Positions 13,277 through 25,800 of a stretch of 64,000 bases of DNA are shown one piece after another. A program made the position numbers and the translations under genes. The notes beneath the pieces are model-generated. The model saw only the letters and a program-made list of their open reading frames with translations. It ran no database searches and had not been told where the DNA came from. Position 1 is the first letter of the stretch. The number at the start of each line of letters is the position of its first letter. Origin of the DNA: Leidyana gryllorum EB-2025a (Eukaryota > Protista > Apicomplexa). Location of the stretch: assembly GCA_048772705.1 (NCBI GenBank), contig JBLWGC010000213.1, positions 186,001 through 250,000 of the forward strand, read 5' to 3'.

Positions 13277-15538
13277 TCATCGTGGATATTCTTCAAAGAG
13301 AACGCAAGTGTTGAATAACGATGAGAATGTCTCAGCTGGGAGCGACGACAGCACGAGACTGTCGTCGGCCGGATGGAGTGGGACCGATGTCAGTACACTG
13401 GACATTGAGGCCCTTCGGCTGCCGGTCCTAAGGCTCTGTGTACTTGGAGTGCACTGCTCTTCATCGTCGTCACTAAGGCTGTATATGGATGGTCGGTAGG
13501 CCGGGGCCTGGTATGTACGTGCGGTGGCCTTCGACGACGAGGGGACCGGCGTCATTGGGGGACTGGAGGTCTCACTTTTCTGGACCTCCTCCGCGTCAAC
13601 AAAATCTGGCCGGGGAATGACTGCATGATCCGGCACCATATACCGCACTTCTGGTGCTGAGGACTCTGCCGTTTCGTCATCTCGACTAAAGGGAATTCGT
13701 AAACTGACAGAACTCTTCCGGGCTGACTGACGCCGTCGCAGTTGACGCAGACTGCGCCCTGTCATCGGTGAAGTGTCCGCTGTGTCATACTGATTCTTGC
13801 TGGGACTCAACAGCGAGCTGAGCGGTCGGTGGGTATACTGCAGTGTCGTCGCATCCGACGGAGCGTTGCTCCGGTAGTCACTGGCGAAATGGTGGTCCGC
13901 CGTCGAGTCGTCTCGAACGAGGCTCAACGGTATCACAGTCGAAAACGTCACCACAGCACCATCACTGGCGCCCCAGTTGACACTGCGGTGAGTCAGAGCC
14001 TCGTCCATAGTACTCAACTTCCGTCGGTGCTCAGGCGATCGCGAAACTGCGGATTTGAGAGGGGACGGCCGCGGTGTGACGTCGCTGTCGTCTGACGCGA
14101 CCAGCCGGGCCTTTGCAAACTCCTCGAGCTCGATTATCGCCGCATCGCTACCCTGATGCACCAAATCTTCCGTTGTCGTTGGCAGAGTGGCAATGTCGTA
14201 TTCTGACGCAGCCTCTTCCACCAATCCACCTCCACATTTTATTCGGTGGTTCAGAAAGGTTCGAGTGTTCGCGCAACCCTCCGGGATCAACATGGCGTAC
14301 AGCACATAGCCGCAAGTCATTACGATCGAGGCGCCCAACAGCCCCCCGTCGAAGGTCCGCCAACCCAAACTGACCTCCAAAATCTGGATTGTGGGCGCTC
14401 GTATGCCGAGAACGACCACTCGCATAGTGTCAATTCCAGCAGAAGTCAGCCAGCGATAAGTGACTGTGAATACCATTGTCGCAAAAATGAAACACACAGC
14501 TAATATACCCAGAACCTTTGAATAATGGATCTGAAAGAGGCCGTCGCGGATGTTCTCCCATCCCGCCTCGTGGATGACTGGCATCACAGCCAGCGTTAGA
14601 TAGCCGCCCGCAGCGCCTTGAAGTGAGGCAGCAAGCATGGCATCGAGGTCGCAACGTGTACGCAAGTAATCTTCCCAGACCATTTGCAAAGTTTGCGCGA
14701 GACAACTACAGAGGCAATACGCAACTCCTATATACTTTTCCGCTTCAGTAACTCCCTCAGCAGCTCTCGAGGTACTCGCTATCAGTATACATGCAACGAA
14801 GATCAAGGACGATCCTATCACCTCATACAGATGCAGTGATCGTCGGACTACCATTGTTCGAACCTGGAACCCGGTGTGTGAGATGGAAGAAAGATTGAAC
14901 CAGTGAATTGATCGATCGATAACTTTGACAAACGTGTGTGGGGCAAAGAGACAGACGGAGGGGAGAGTGAAGTCGAGTAGTGAATGAGTGTAAGTGGGTG
15001 CCACTTTGCTCTCAGACACCTACAGTGCCGGATGTATTATATCTCTTACCACTAGTACGCTGACGATAAGGAAGTTTCGCAAATACGAGATACTTGAGGC
15101 ATGTAGATACTTGAAGGCAGAGTGATGCAACAGTGCACTAGCGAACGCCAAGATAGAAGGACTGATCCACCACCAGGCTGACGATCGACGGTGAGTGGTC
15201 GTTCCTGTGGGACGCATTAACGCCGGAACTATGCACCCCTTGAGGCCATATACGCCAACGCAAGCTAACTCTCCCAGAAACTTGAAAAGAGTCTGCAGAG
15301 TCGCCTGGTGATAGGGGACCTCGGCACAACCGGTACATGGCGCAACGCGTTCGTTCCACATCATGCTGACCAACACAATGGTGGCAACTGAAGATATCCA
15401 ATAGAAAACTAAAGCCAACACACGGCTGGCCCAGATACTCGGCCAATAGTCTGCTGGGCCTCCTGCACTGATGACAGTGGTCGCATCGTCGCCAGAATGA
15501 CTGTGGATCCCAGCCCAACTCTCAACCAAACCTGCCAT
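13277..15538 (-). CDS. Multi-pass DMT/SLC35F-like transporter with long disordered C-terminal tail
   Basis: About 9-10 hydrophobic helices; motifs QTLFKFLGELAC and QMVWEDY resemble SLC35F6-type; Ser/Arg-rich tail; at least one intron near 14900-15050. Confidence 0.6.
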
Positions 15539-15574
15539 ACTAAGGTTACATTCTAAGGTTTATTTTAAAAGGGG

Positions 15575-17406
15575 TCATTGCTGTTCTGGGATCGACTCTG
15601 ACTCATTTGAAACTTCACCAAGTCGCTCGTACAGCAAAATGTAGGGACAAGGACCATCCGCTGCAAAGACACATTTAAGTTGCCGCCAGCACACACACGC
15701 ACACACGTCACTTACCCAGACCGCCTTGCAAGTCGATTGTCTCCGTACCGACTTGAGTCACCTTGTCGTCATCAAACTTCACCCAGTGATCCCCTTTGTA
15801 GACCCAACAAATATAATGTCCATGGATGGCCGAACGACCAGTGTGTGTGACGACAGCTTTGAGTGCATATCGCCCATCAGCAGTCTTGAGCTGGGGGATC
15901 TGCTCGCCGGTCTTCTTAGCCGTTTTTCGGACCGGTTCGTCACTTTGCATCGCTTCTCGTACCCTCTCAAGCTCTCTGTCTCTCTCAGCGGCTGCCTCCC
16001 GACGGCCCACCTGGAGGTGCGCCTTGAGCTCGTCAGTGGTGAGGTTGAAAAGATCTAGAAGCGTCGGGTACTCCACCCGGCGCAACACTTTGGCTCGGCC
16101 GGCCTTACTCCCCGCCAACGGAGCCGCCTTCTTCCACTCGAAGCGCACCATATGAATCAAAAGATACGAAGGCTGATTGGTAAGCCAAGTTTGAGCGGGG
16201 GCGGAGGAGGGGAGACTCACGAGGGTTGCCAATTTGCGTTCGCGTTTGAATAGCAGATTTCCATTCACTTCGTCACAGTGGCGTTCCAATTCGTCGTGCA
16301 TCGCCAACTCGACTCCCTGAAGGACGAACCCGACCGGTTTGACTGAGGTTCCCATATAACAGGACAACTTGAATGCCTCCACATTGCTGACAGTCTTTGG
16401 GGGGTTCTGCTTCAAAGCAGACTCCTCCGGCAAAGATTCGAGAACCGCAGGAGACAGTTCCATTCTGTGGACGGATTGAAGCGTTGTAACTTTGGGGCCG
16501 AGCTTACGTTTCTTTCATGGAGAAGGCGAAGGGGTTCTCTTTGGTGGAGAAGAGTCCGAGCATATGGGATAAGCACTCCTCAGAGTCTTGTTGCTCCGGG
16601 ATCTCCTGGTCTCCGATCCTTTTCTGTCGAGAAAGTCTTTGAGGACTGAGAGGTTTATTCAACGCTTACAGTGGTGGCGAAGGCAGGGAATCGTTTCTGC
16701 AGCTGTCTCCATACACTGTGCATACCGAGAACCAACATACCCTCCTTGTCATCCTTCGTTTGATACAAATTACGCCAAGTTTGGAGGACGTTCCGAGTGT
16801 CCGTGTCATATCGTTGGTGAAGAGTGGAGTCAGAAAGGCTGTGGCAAGTTGGGATGGAGATTGAACTCTTCCAGAAGCTCAGTGTGGCACTCACTTTAAC
16901 AAGTTGCGTTTGAAGCCGGCTGCTTGTTCCAGTAAGACGAGTGTGCTCCCGAGATAGCAGGTGTTCCCGAGATTGGGGTACCCAGCTGGCAGCTTCACCA
17001 ATGCGGGATCATTCGCTTGAGTAGTGGAGGGGACGGGTGCCGCTGTGCAGAATAAAAGTACTCAGTGCCGCCTGCAGACTCACTCACCTGGAGTGTGTAC
17101 GAATTCGTCTCCCACGGGCGTGCCAACTAACATCCCTTTCATTTGGGGTTGGAGCTTAGACTCTTTGGCCAGAAGGTCAGTACAGTTGCCGGCGAGCATC
17201 TGCTTGGTGACTTTCAACCCTGGAACCATGAGCGATTGGCGCTCAGGGGGGACCTTGGTCGCCTGGAAGATGAGATTAGCGAGCTCAGCCACCGTGGTGG
17301 TAGCGTCATCCACGACTATGGGATAGTCACCTCCCTTCCATTTGAGGGTTACTGAAATCGTATGTGCATATCCGAATCAATAACACTTACTCGTTGAGGC
17401 TGGCAT
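15575..17406 (-). CDS. USP14: Ubiquitin C-terminal hydrolase, USP14/Ubp6-like (UBL + USP domains)
   Basis: UBL MPASTITLKWKG...TKVPPERQSLM; Cys box GYPNLGNTCY; His box HTGRSAIHGHYICWV and WVKFDDDKV; several GT-AG introns. Confidence 0.85.
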
Positions 17407-19860
17407 ATGAGTGGGCTCAAAAATTGTGTCATGGAAATCTCACCTCTGGCTCGCTTCCAGAACCTGCGATTGATCACCAAGTGTCCTCCAGAGGTTGGCT
17501 GCGGTGCTTTAAATGTCAGTCAACAGAGTGATGAACAACAGAGTTTCGGAGTGGAGGAGGAGGTGGGGAACTATTTGATGGACACTGGACCTTACGCACG
17601 GCACCTCGTGTGGAGTTTGCCCCTACATGAAGCTTTCAAAGAAGAGATCGAATTGCCCTATATTGCAATCCCTCTCGCTATCGGACGGGAAAGAGTCAAT
17701 CCGCTCTACATCCAATACTGTGTCCATCACCCCAGTTTCATATGGCCAATTCTTTCCCGCTCGCCCGGCGAACCGATCGCTAGAGGGGCCGACCCATTCC
17801 GCCAACACAAAAAGACGACTGCCCAAGCTAAGCTCAGAACCCCAGCCGAGATTGAAGCAATCAAAAACGATGTGGAGCTGCTGGCAATACCCACCTACGA
17901 CGTTTATGGAAAACCCTTCGCCATCAACTTTTACTGGAACCTCCCCAATGACGAACTGGCGAGAAAATGTACCGAGGCCAACATGTGGGAGATCAAACAC
18001 ATATACAGACAGGCGTTCTGGAACTCGGAAGGGGCCTCTATGCGTTGTTATGCGCCGGACGTAGAGTTCGTGGCCTTTCCGTCTCCCCCTGGAGTAGATC
18101 CAGAAGCCTATCGAGAGGCCAACCGGCGTCGGAGAGGTCCACTGCCGCCCTGCCACCCAACCCAACCCCGTTGGAACGCTGGTGAAGATCAATTGAATAA
18201 ATGGCAACTTATTATACGCTATATGATGATACAGAACAATACACAGCCCCGCACCGGCTATAGTTTGATGCAACATATGATGCGCACGTTCCTTTTGGCC
18301 CATTGGCAGACTACTTCGTCTCGCAAAGTCGCTCATGTCTTAACCCCGCTTGTGGGGCAGTACCTCAAACGATTCAGAGGAGGAAGACGTACAGACGCGG
18401 AACACGGTGTGGAACGGGCCTTTAAGACATTCGCGGCAAATGTACGCGAGCAACACCCCACTCGTGAGCTGAGCGTTGCGGCTGAGCGACAGCTGGTGCG
18501 CTTCTGGGTTGAAATACTGAGCGGAAAACCCAATCTGACGGATCCCAGGTCTAACGGGGATTTCAAAGATCCAATCAGGACTTCGACAGTCGTTATGGAA
18601 CTCGGACGAAAAGAGAAGATCACAGTGCCGTACTTGGTGGTCATGGAACACGTCGGTAGTCGAACCGCCGGCCATCAGTCTCAGTGGGGTGAAACTTTGG
18701 ATCAGTGGAAGCCGATTGCCGTCCGAACAAATATTAAAACTCCGTCGTGCAGTCAAAGCGGTAATGACCTCCATTATAAGGAGGAGCAAAGGAGTACAGT
18801 TGTTGACTTATCCGAACCCGACTTTAGCAATCTTCAGTCTTGCGATTGGAAGACGCACAATTGGCGCATCTTAGATCGCGAATCTCTCGATCTTTACAAC
18901 ACTCGCTTCACGGATTTGACACCTGTGCCTCTCAATGGTGGGCCCTGGCCCCACGACAGCCATTTTGGCGTGCACATCCCCGAGTTCGACGCCATCGCAC
19001 ACCCCGTTGCGCCCGGCGTGATGTACATTGAAGAACTGAAACTCTATATCAACGTACTGAGCGCAACCGGACTGAAAAGAACCGCCAGTCTCGGCCTCTT
19101 CCCAATATCCAAATATGGCGACGCCGCGCCAGCTGCCGCACAGCAACACCTCTTAGTGCGCCTGCAAAGGCCCTACAACGCAGAAAGTGCTGTTATGCCC
19201 GAAGTCTACGGTGTTGCATGGAGACCCGAGCGGCTGGCTTGGCTGGCCGCTCGCACTGACTCGGCTGTGTGCTTCGACGCTATCGAAGAAGGGGTACAGG
19301 CCGCCTGGGTACGAGCTGTGGTATGGCGACTAAGCGGTCAGAAGGTCGAGGACCCTCCCGCTAGGGGCCTCCCCTTCAAAACCTTCGCTCACGATCGGTG
19401 TACAGACGGTGACGAGGTGTACTTTGCTGTCGCTCAAGTCTGCCACTTCTTCTCCACCACATCCTGGGCCGGCCTGCTCGAGGCCGCAAGGCTCCCTGAT
19501 CCATGTGTCGTACTTTCTAAGCGGGGCTGGGCAAAGAAAGGGGAGTGGGTGCTGATCAAAAGCAAATTCCAGAACAATGAAGGCGCAGAAGGTGTTCGCT
19601 TCGTCACCGAGGCCGAAGCCCGACTTGACAGGAAGGTTAGACAACATTGCCAACCGCCACCCATCCCAACGGAAGATGTTGGACGCCAGATGAGCCTTCT
19701 CCTAGATCTCGTTCGCACCGAAGTTTGCTCCTTACTGGATGACAAGCAATCGATGAGATTGCCTCAGAAGCAACATCTGACTGTGCCGTCCGCCGACGTG
19801 AACCAAGGAAATGCTTGGATCCCCTACATGCGCAGGAGAGTTCTAGGTCTTATTGGTTGA
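17407..19860 (+). CDS. Intronless hypothetical protein (817 aa; true start may be ATG 17431 or 17578)
   Basis: 2.4-kb open frame with globular composition; no family recognised. Confidence 0.7.
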   Translation: MSGLKNCVMEISPLARFQNLRLITKCPPEVGCGALNVSQQSDEQQSFGVEEEVGNYLMDTGPYARHLVWSLPLHEAFKEEIELPYIAIPLAIGRERVNPLYIQYCVHHPSFIWPILSRSPGEPIARGADPFRQHKKTTAQAKLRTPAEIEAIKNDVELLAIPTYDVYGKPFAINFYWNLPNDELARKCTEANMWEIKHIYRQAFWNSEGASMRCYAPDVEFVAFPSPPGVDPEAYREANRRRRGPLPPCHPTQPRWNAGEDQLNKWQLIIRYMMIQNNTQPRTGYSLMQHMMRTFLLAHWQTTSSRKVAHVLTPLVGQYLKRFRGGRRTDAEHGVERAFKTFAANVREQHPTRELSVAAERQLVRFWVEILSGKPNLTDPRSNGDFKDPIRTSTVVMELGRKEKITVPYLVVMEHVGSRTAGHQSQWGETLDQWKPIAVRTNIKTPSCSQSGNDLHYKEEQRSTVVDLSEPDFSNLQSCDWKTHNWRILDRESLDLYNTRFTDLTPVPLNGGPWPHDSHFGVHIPEFDAIAHPVAPGVMYIEELKLYINVLSATGLKRTASLGLFPISKYGDAAPAAAQQHLLVRLQRPYNAESAVMPEVYGVAWRPERLAWLAARTDSAVCFDAIEEGVQAAWVRAVVWRLSGQKVEDPPARGLPFKTFAHDRCTDGDEVYFAVAQVCHFFSTTSWAGLLEAARLPDPCVVLSKRGWAKKGEWVLIKSKFQNNEGAEGVRFVTEAEARLDRKVRQHCQPPPIPTEDVGRQMSLLLDLVRTEVCSLLDDKQSMRLPQKQHLTVPSADVNQGNAWIPYMRRRVLGLIG

Positions 19861-19904
19861 TGTAGACGAGTGACTGACACAAAAAACCAGAAGAACTGTC
19901 ATAT

Positions 19905-20375
19905 CTACTTCTCGTTGGCACCGAGCACTTTCTCTTCCTTGCAGGCAGAAACGACAGTCAGGAACACGTCCTTGCCGGCCTCAACCTGCTTCTTCCACTC
20001 CTCAACACACTTATCTTCCTTGCCATCTTTGCCAATGGGCCAGGTCAAGTCCTCACGGAGCTTGCCACTGGTTTCCATAAGAGTGATATGGGTGTCCTCC
20101 CAGCCCACCAACTGGTACTGGTTACGAACTACAACGGGCTCTTCCATGTTGTGGGAAGTGGGACAGTTCTCATCCAACTTCTTGCCAGTGAAAATGTCAA
20201 TTCCCACAATAGAGGCTTTAGCATGTCCGTGCTTGCCTGTCTTGGAAGTCGAATACTCAACAACCTTGCAGGGACGACCCTTCAACATAACAAAAGAACC
20301 CTTCTTCACGGAACCGGCCTGAATGGGGCGGACATCTGAAGCGCCAGCATTAGTTGTGTCGAACTCGTCAGACAT
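19905..20375 (-). CDS. EIF5A: Translation factor eIF5A
   Basis: Hypusine motif STSKTGKHGHAK; intronless. Confidence 0.97.
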   Translation of the reverse strand: MSDEFDTTNAGASDVRPIQAGSVKKGSFVMLKGRPCKVVEYSTSKTGKHGHAKASIVGIDIFTGKKLDENCPTSHNMEEPVVVRNQYQLVGWEDTHITLMETSGKLREDLTWPIGKDGKEDKCVEEWKKQVEAGKDVFLTVVSACKEEKVLGANEK

Positions 20376-20480
20376 TCTTGTGCTCTATTAACTGACTCCT
20401 CACTTGTCCCCAACGGCTCGCAAAAAAAAATCCCGCTTTGTGTGTGTTCGTTGTGTCGTGTGATCGAAGTGGGAGACACC

Positions 20481-20871
20481 ATGTACCAACCAGACAACCC
20501 GCGTGACCATCTGGCCCGTCTGCAGATTGAGCGTGCTGACCGCGCCCACGAATTTGTTCATTACCTCCGGGACGCAGTTCGCGAGCTGACTGATTTGAAA
20601 TCTCAGCTTGAAGAGATACGTAGGGCTTCCCTACCAGCGTCTATCAAATCGAACGCATACCCTAGCCCTTCACGCTTCAGCCATGTTCCCAGTGCCCCTC
20701 CCAAGGAAGTCCGTCACCCATGCTGTCATAGACAATGTCGATAAATCTTCATTTCACTCAACGTACCAGGCAGTGCAGCTTCCTTCTCATCTACTTTTCT
20801 GCGCATCTGGCGTGCCAAATTCACGGAAAGAACCCGGCCGGCCAATTCAGCACCGTTCATATTTACTATAG
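20481..20871 (+). CDS. Small helical protein, possibly prefoldin-alpha/URI-like
   Basis: ATG 20481; a putative intron 20620-20665 gives [20 protein letters not shown]; the 3' end is uncertain (20744 if unspliced). Confidence 0.35.
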
Positions 20872-21198
20872 CTTCTCTTGCATCGCCTTCCTCCTCAAAT
20901 TCCATGAATCCGAACCCTCTGTGTTTACCTGCCAAAGACGTTCTACCGCGAGAGGAGATTAACGACTGCCAACCCTACCCGTCTGCCTATTGAGAGGTAC
21001 TTCGCAGGTTCGAATCTCTCCAAAAGGAGCAAAGGCATGTAGAAGCACCGACTTGTCCACCACATCTTCGTCCAGGCCCCCAATGTACAATGTGCGATTC
21101 AATCGCCCCTTGCTGACTTCCTGAATGTGCTTTGTGATGACTCCATGGTCTGTGTCAGGCGCAGCACTCCCCTCTAGCTCGTACTCCACCTCCTGCAT
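20670..21198 (-). CDS. Single-RRM protein resembling the cyclophilin E (PPIE) RRM
   Basis: RNP2 LYIGGL and RNP1 RGFGFMEF; intron 20722-20765 gives the tail LPAWVTDFL. Confidence 0.85.
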
Positions 21199-21224
21199 TT
21201 GTTTCAGTCAAGTTTTTTGGACCC
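21199..21224. promoter_or_regulatory. Putative 26-bp bidirectional promoter (RRM/RCC1)
   Basis: ttgtttcagtcaagttttttggaccc lies between the divergent ATGs. Confidence 0.4.
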
Positions 21225-23722
21225 ATGCACTGCCCATCATGGCTGAGTTGCAGTGGGGATCGTGAACGAGCCAAACTTGAGGAAACCGAGGTATTCGAAA
21301 TGCTTGTAGATCAGATCCTTGCCTAGAAAGCAGCTTCTATTGTGCCCGCACTGGCAACGGTTCTAGTCGATGGGTAAATACTGCCCCACAGGGAGAATTA
21401 TTATTCGATTCGCTTGGAGTGCAGAGCCGATGTTGTGCCAGATGCATTACCAAAGACAGGTTCTGACTTGCAGTCCCCAGGTTTGCGACCGGGCAAGAGT
21501 CAGGTGTTGTCAGTGGATCAGCATTCTGTGATCCGGATATGGGGGGGTGAGAACTATGGATCAGTGTGTAAACGATTGAGCAGCTCGGCCCTATCAAACT
21601 GAGGAAGATAATGGTCGCGAGGCGCAAGAACACTGGCGCTCGGTTGCTTTCTATTCGTCTGGAAAGAACAGTGAGTGCTGGGCGTGTGTGGTGATCGAGC
21701 TTAATATTGTATTCAGAGCAGAGTGGTCGTAAAGGCAATGACGTCACGTCCCAAGTGCTGGACGGAATTAAGTCACTGAACCCTGGACACGGTCCAGGAC
21801 TGCCAGCGAGTTTCCCAGTACAGCTGGATACATTGGCCGACGAGGAGGTCATAAAAGTGGCCACTGGGCGGACTTTCATATTGTACCTTACAGCATCTGG
21901 TCGGGTGTATTCCATGGGGATCGGCGACAGGGGTCAGCTGGGTTTGGGAGAGAAGGTGGCGATCCAAAGGACTCCGACGGCAATTCACTTTCGTGGAGTA
22001 TCCCTGCCACCAGCTGTCCATCACGAAATGCACTCTACTCCTGAACGGATGATAGAGCTGCCTGAAACGGACATGAGTTCGGTGTCGAGTATGGCGTTGA
22101 CTAAGTCCATCAGAGTTCCTCTTCCTCCCGACAACGAAATGGAAGCGAAGCCGGAAGTGTTCATAACCGATATAGGCGTAGGATCGGACCACGCCATAGC
22201 ATTGAGTCAAGAGGTCAGTGTTCTTCTTCTTAAGCAAAGACGGCGGGAACATTTTAGGGTCGCGTATATGTCTGGGGTGCCCGCAACGCTCTCGGTCTGG
22301 CCAGTTTGCACGACGTTTTCGTGCCGACAATGCTGGACAGTCAACTGATTCGAGTCCCCGAAGGTAGGGTGAAGGAGGCCATACTGGCTTTGCTCATCGT
22401 ATGTGTTGTGCTATTAGATTCGTTCTATACAGCTCGCTTAGCCGAGGCCGGTGTGACAACACCTCCATCGCACATTGTATCGACTATTGGCGCTGGATCT
22501 GGATGGTGTTGCGTAGTGACTGAAGCAGGACGAGTGTTGATGTGGGGTGATTTGCCAGGTGGTCACCTGACACGACATCCCGAGCTGATTGCCACCCTCA
22601 CTTCGATAGCCGACCCTATTGTCTCGATGTCGTTCGGTCAAACCTTTGGTCTTTTATTGGGAGGTGAGTTGGAGGCCACTGTGTGCTGTACTGATTGTTG
22701 TTGGACTGAATGCAGCCCAAGGCGGTGTATACCAGGTTGGGATTGGTATTAGTGGCGAGATTCTACAGCGTTTTGAGACTCGTGATCCTGAAGACCGGGG
22801 GAGAAGAGGGTTGGGTGACGAAGAAGGGGCGGTTGGCAGGGGAGGTTTGGCCAATCCTTATATGATTGAAGCTGTTCCACACCGATTGCATCACCTCGTT
22901 CCCGACTATCTGGGGGGCTACGAAGAGTTTTTGTTTGAGAGTTTGGGTGTGATTACCCAAGTGGCTTGTGGTGACCGGCACGCGCTTCTGTTGAATGAGG
23001 AGGGTCAAGTATTTGCCTATGGAGATAGTTTGTGGGGTCAATGCGGCTTGGGGTCCCACAAACAGATTCTGAGATCACCCACGGTAGGATAGGGGAGTAG
23101 AATCGATTCGATCGCTGACTATTCATCAGTTGGTGCCCATTTCCAGTGCTGGACGTCAGCTGCGGGCTCTGAAGATTGCGGCGGGCGGCAAGCAGTCTGC
23201 GGCTGTGACGGAGGATTACGGGCTGTATTTGTGGGGCTGTTCGTCAGATTACCGATTAATTAACGACGCAGTGAAAGACTGGATAGAGTATCCGCTGATG
23301 GCTATGGCTACGGGTCAAGATCGTTGTTTTGATGCACATCCACGAACGCGAATGGGCGTAGCCGAGCAGTCGTGTCTGCAATCGGCTGTCCACCACGTGA
23401 GTTCAGGGCGCGTGCGTGTTCGCGGTGTCAACAAATTGTGCTGTAGGCTACGGTGGTGACGGCATTGACGCCTTTCCGAGTTCACATGGTGGCATGTGGT
23501 AGAAACTACACTGTTGTAGTCACAGGCAATCCGCTGACGGGCATTGCTCCCAGTCCGTTGCTGACTGATGGCACATCGCAGCAGAGGGAGCCGCTGGGAG
23601 ATGATGCGGTGGTTGCTGAGCCCTCCAATAGCCACCCAGTGGGAGGCTCAGAATCCAGTCTGCCTAAAGGGCCTCTAGATAGCATTATGATGGCGATACC
23701 GGAAGGTCAGAATACAGTGTAA
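21225..23722 (+). CDS. RCC1-repeat protein (multi-exon)
   Basis: Repeats VATGRTFILYLTASGRVYSMGIGDRGQLGLG, VACGDRHALLLNEEGQVFAYGDSLWGQCGLG and IAAGGKQSAAVT. Confidence 0.85.
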
Positions 23723-23749
23723 CCACAGATAGCCACCTCGTTTTTTGGA

Positions 23750-25751
23750 ATGGCCACCTACCCGACTATTGAAACTACTGATCTCGCCTGGGAATTTGCC
23801 CGCAGTGTCACTGGGTATGGCTATGACAGGCCCGTCGAGACCACCAACGTAGAGTCGCAAGCCCCGGCTGACGACGCTGCCAGCCCAGCCCGCGATCACG
23901 ACGGAGCGCCGTCCGACCGTCGGGATCCATTGGACTACTCCAAGTGGGACTCTCTGGCGAAGGAGATTGAGGCGGAGGACGAACCTCAGCCAACTGGCGG
24001 CGCTGGTCCGGATAACCCGAGTCGGCTGATTCGAAGTATCCAAGAGGCACGTGACAATCCCGAGGAAGCACTGAAGACCTTAACAGGGCAGAACCAGATT
24101 GAGGAGGATCCCAATGCAGATCCTCAGGATGTGTCCGCGTATTTTGCGGACAATCCAATGAGAAAAATGGGTGGATGTGCCCACGATCGCAGCAAGGAAC
24201 GTGCTGTATATGAGCGGCCAAACTCCGAAAAGCTACGCATGGCGAAACGATTCCGTACTGAAGGGAATCAGTATTTCGCCGAGAAAGACTACAGCCAGGC
24301 GGCTACTTTCTACAGAAAGGCTCTCCTATACTACGACTACACTATCCCCGAAACTGACGAAGAGATCTCAGAGTTTAATCAGAACAAAATAGCGGCGCAT
24401 CTGAATTTAGCAGCTGCTTATCTGAATCTAAAGGTGAGTGATGTTGATAGCGGCGCTTTCAAAACGTGTGTCCGTGATCCGCACACAGCAATACGAAGAA
24501 TGTCGCACGCAATGTTACCAAGCGACCCAGATAGACCCTAAATGCACCAAGGCATATTATCGATAGTAAGTTCCTGATCACTACGCGTCGCGTGCTGAAA
24601 CACTCTTGTATTAGTGGACAGGCATATATGGGGCTCGACGAATACGATAAGGCCATGGAGGTAATGCGCGACATCCCTTTGTTCGTAATCTGACTGTGTG
24701 TGGCACCATAGCACTTTGAGAAAGCCCGGTCGTTTTCTGATGGTCCGACTGACCCGGGAGTTACGAAAGCGATTAATAATTGTCTCAGGAAGGTGAGAAG
24801 TCAGGCAGCATATTTGTGTGTGCGCGCATACTCCTCCAACAGAAAGAAGAATGGAAGATCAAATCACCTGCCTTGTATAAGAAAATGTTTGATGGAGCCA
24901 CTCAGCAGCAGTCAGAGGAAGATCACCAAAATCTTCCTGCGACTGGCGAGGTAGCAGGCGAAACGCGACTGCACAAACTCATGAGCGATGACGAGGCGGA
25001 AGCTGAGGCGGATAAAATGGAGCAAAGGAGCCAGAAAGGGGATGATGGCGAGCAAAGGAGCCAGAAAGGGGATGAGGACGATCAAGAGTCGGCGGAGGGA
25101 GGCCCAGTGGGGGAGAAGGTGGAGGAATATGGGGGACCCCAAATGATAACGTTGGGTTCGGGCTCCAGTGACATGGAAGGGCCCGATGGAGCCACCAAGA
25201 CGGCTGAAGAATTGAGCGGGAAGGAGAGGGAAGAGATCAAGTCAACCAGCCCGGAGCCGTCAATTGTTCGGATATTCTCCGATCAGAGTCCAGTCTTAGG
25301 TGCCACCGCCCCACCGAACTCACAGGTCCCCACCGAAGGTGACAGTTGCAATGCAACTGCGGGGAGCTCCGTGGTCCGGACCGAAGACAGTTTTGTCGGA
25401 GGCACGAAGCTGACGAACCGGGGGAGAGGGAGCCGGCCTACAGCTCTTTACAAATTGTCTGGAGATGAAGGCTCAGCCTCGAAAGAAGTCGGGCAGCAGC
25501 CTAAAAGTTGGTGGTCGGAGAAGGATGTGGTGGTGACCGATCATAAGCGATGGATGGCGATCGGGTTTGTTGTGGGTATCATGACGGTGATGACTCTACT
25601 GTGTCTATTCGCAACGTGGCAAGCGCTGACGAGCTCTCAGGAGCAGTGTATGTCGGGAACAGAGTTGCTGTCGTACGCTACTCTGGCGATGCCCGTAGTC
25701 ACGGTGGGAGGAATTGCCCTAGTCTGGGTAGCGCTGCACTGGGGCGCTTGA
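23750..25751 (+). CDS. TPR co-chaperone-like protein with C-terminal TM helices
   Basis: DYSKWD motif; FKBP-type TPR RTEGNQYFAEKDYSQAATFYRKAL...HLNLAAAYLNLK; two hydrophobic helices at the C-terminus; several introns. Confidence 0.75.
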
Positions 25752-25800
25752 ACGGTTCAAAAAATACAACGCGAAATTCCCCCGACCAGTTTTTGGCAAT

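Noticed and set aside
17623-18789. Long antisense ORFs (237 aa and 149 aa); similarly 61855-62493
   Set aside because: Shadow ORFs opposite real genes at moderate-to-high GC; no motifs
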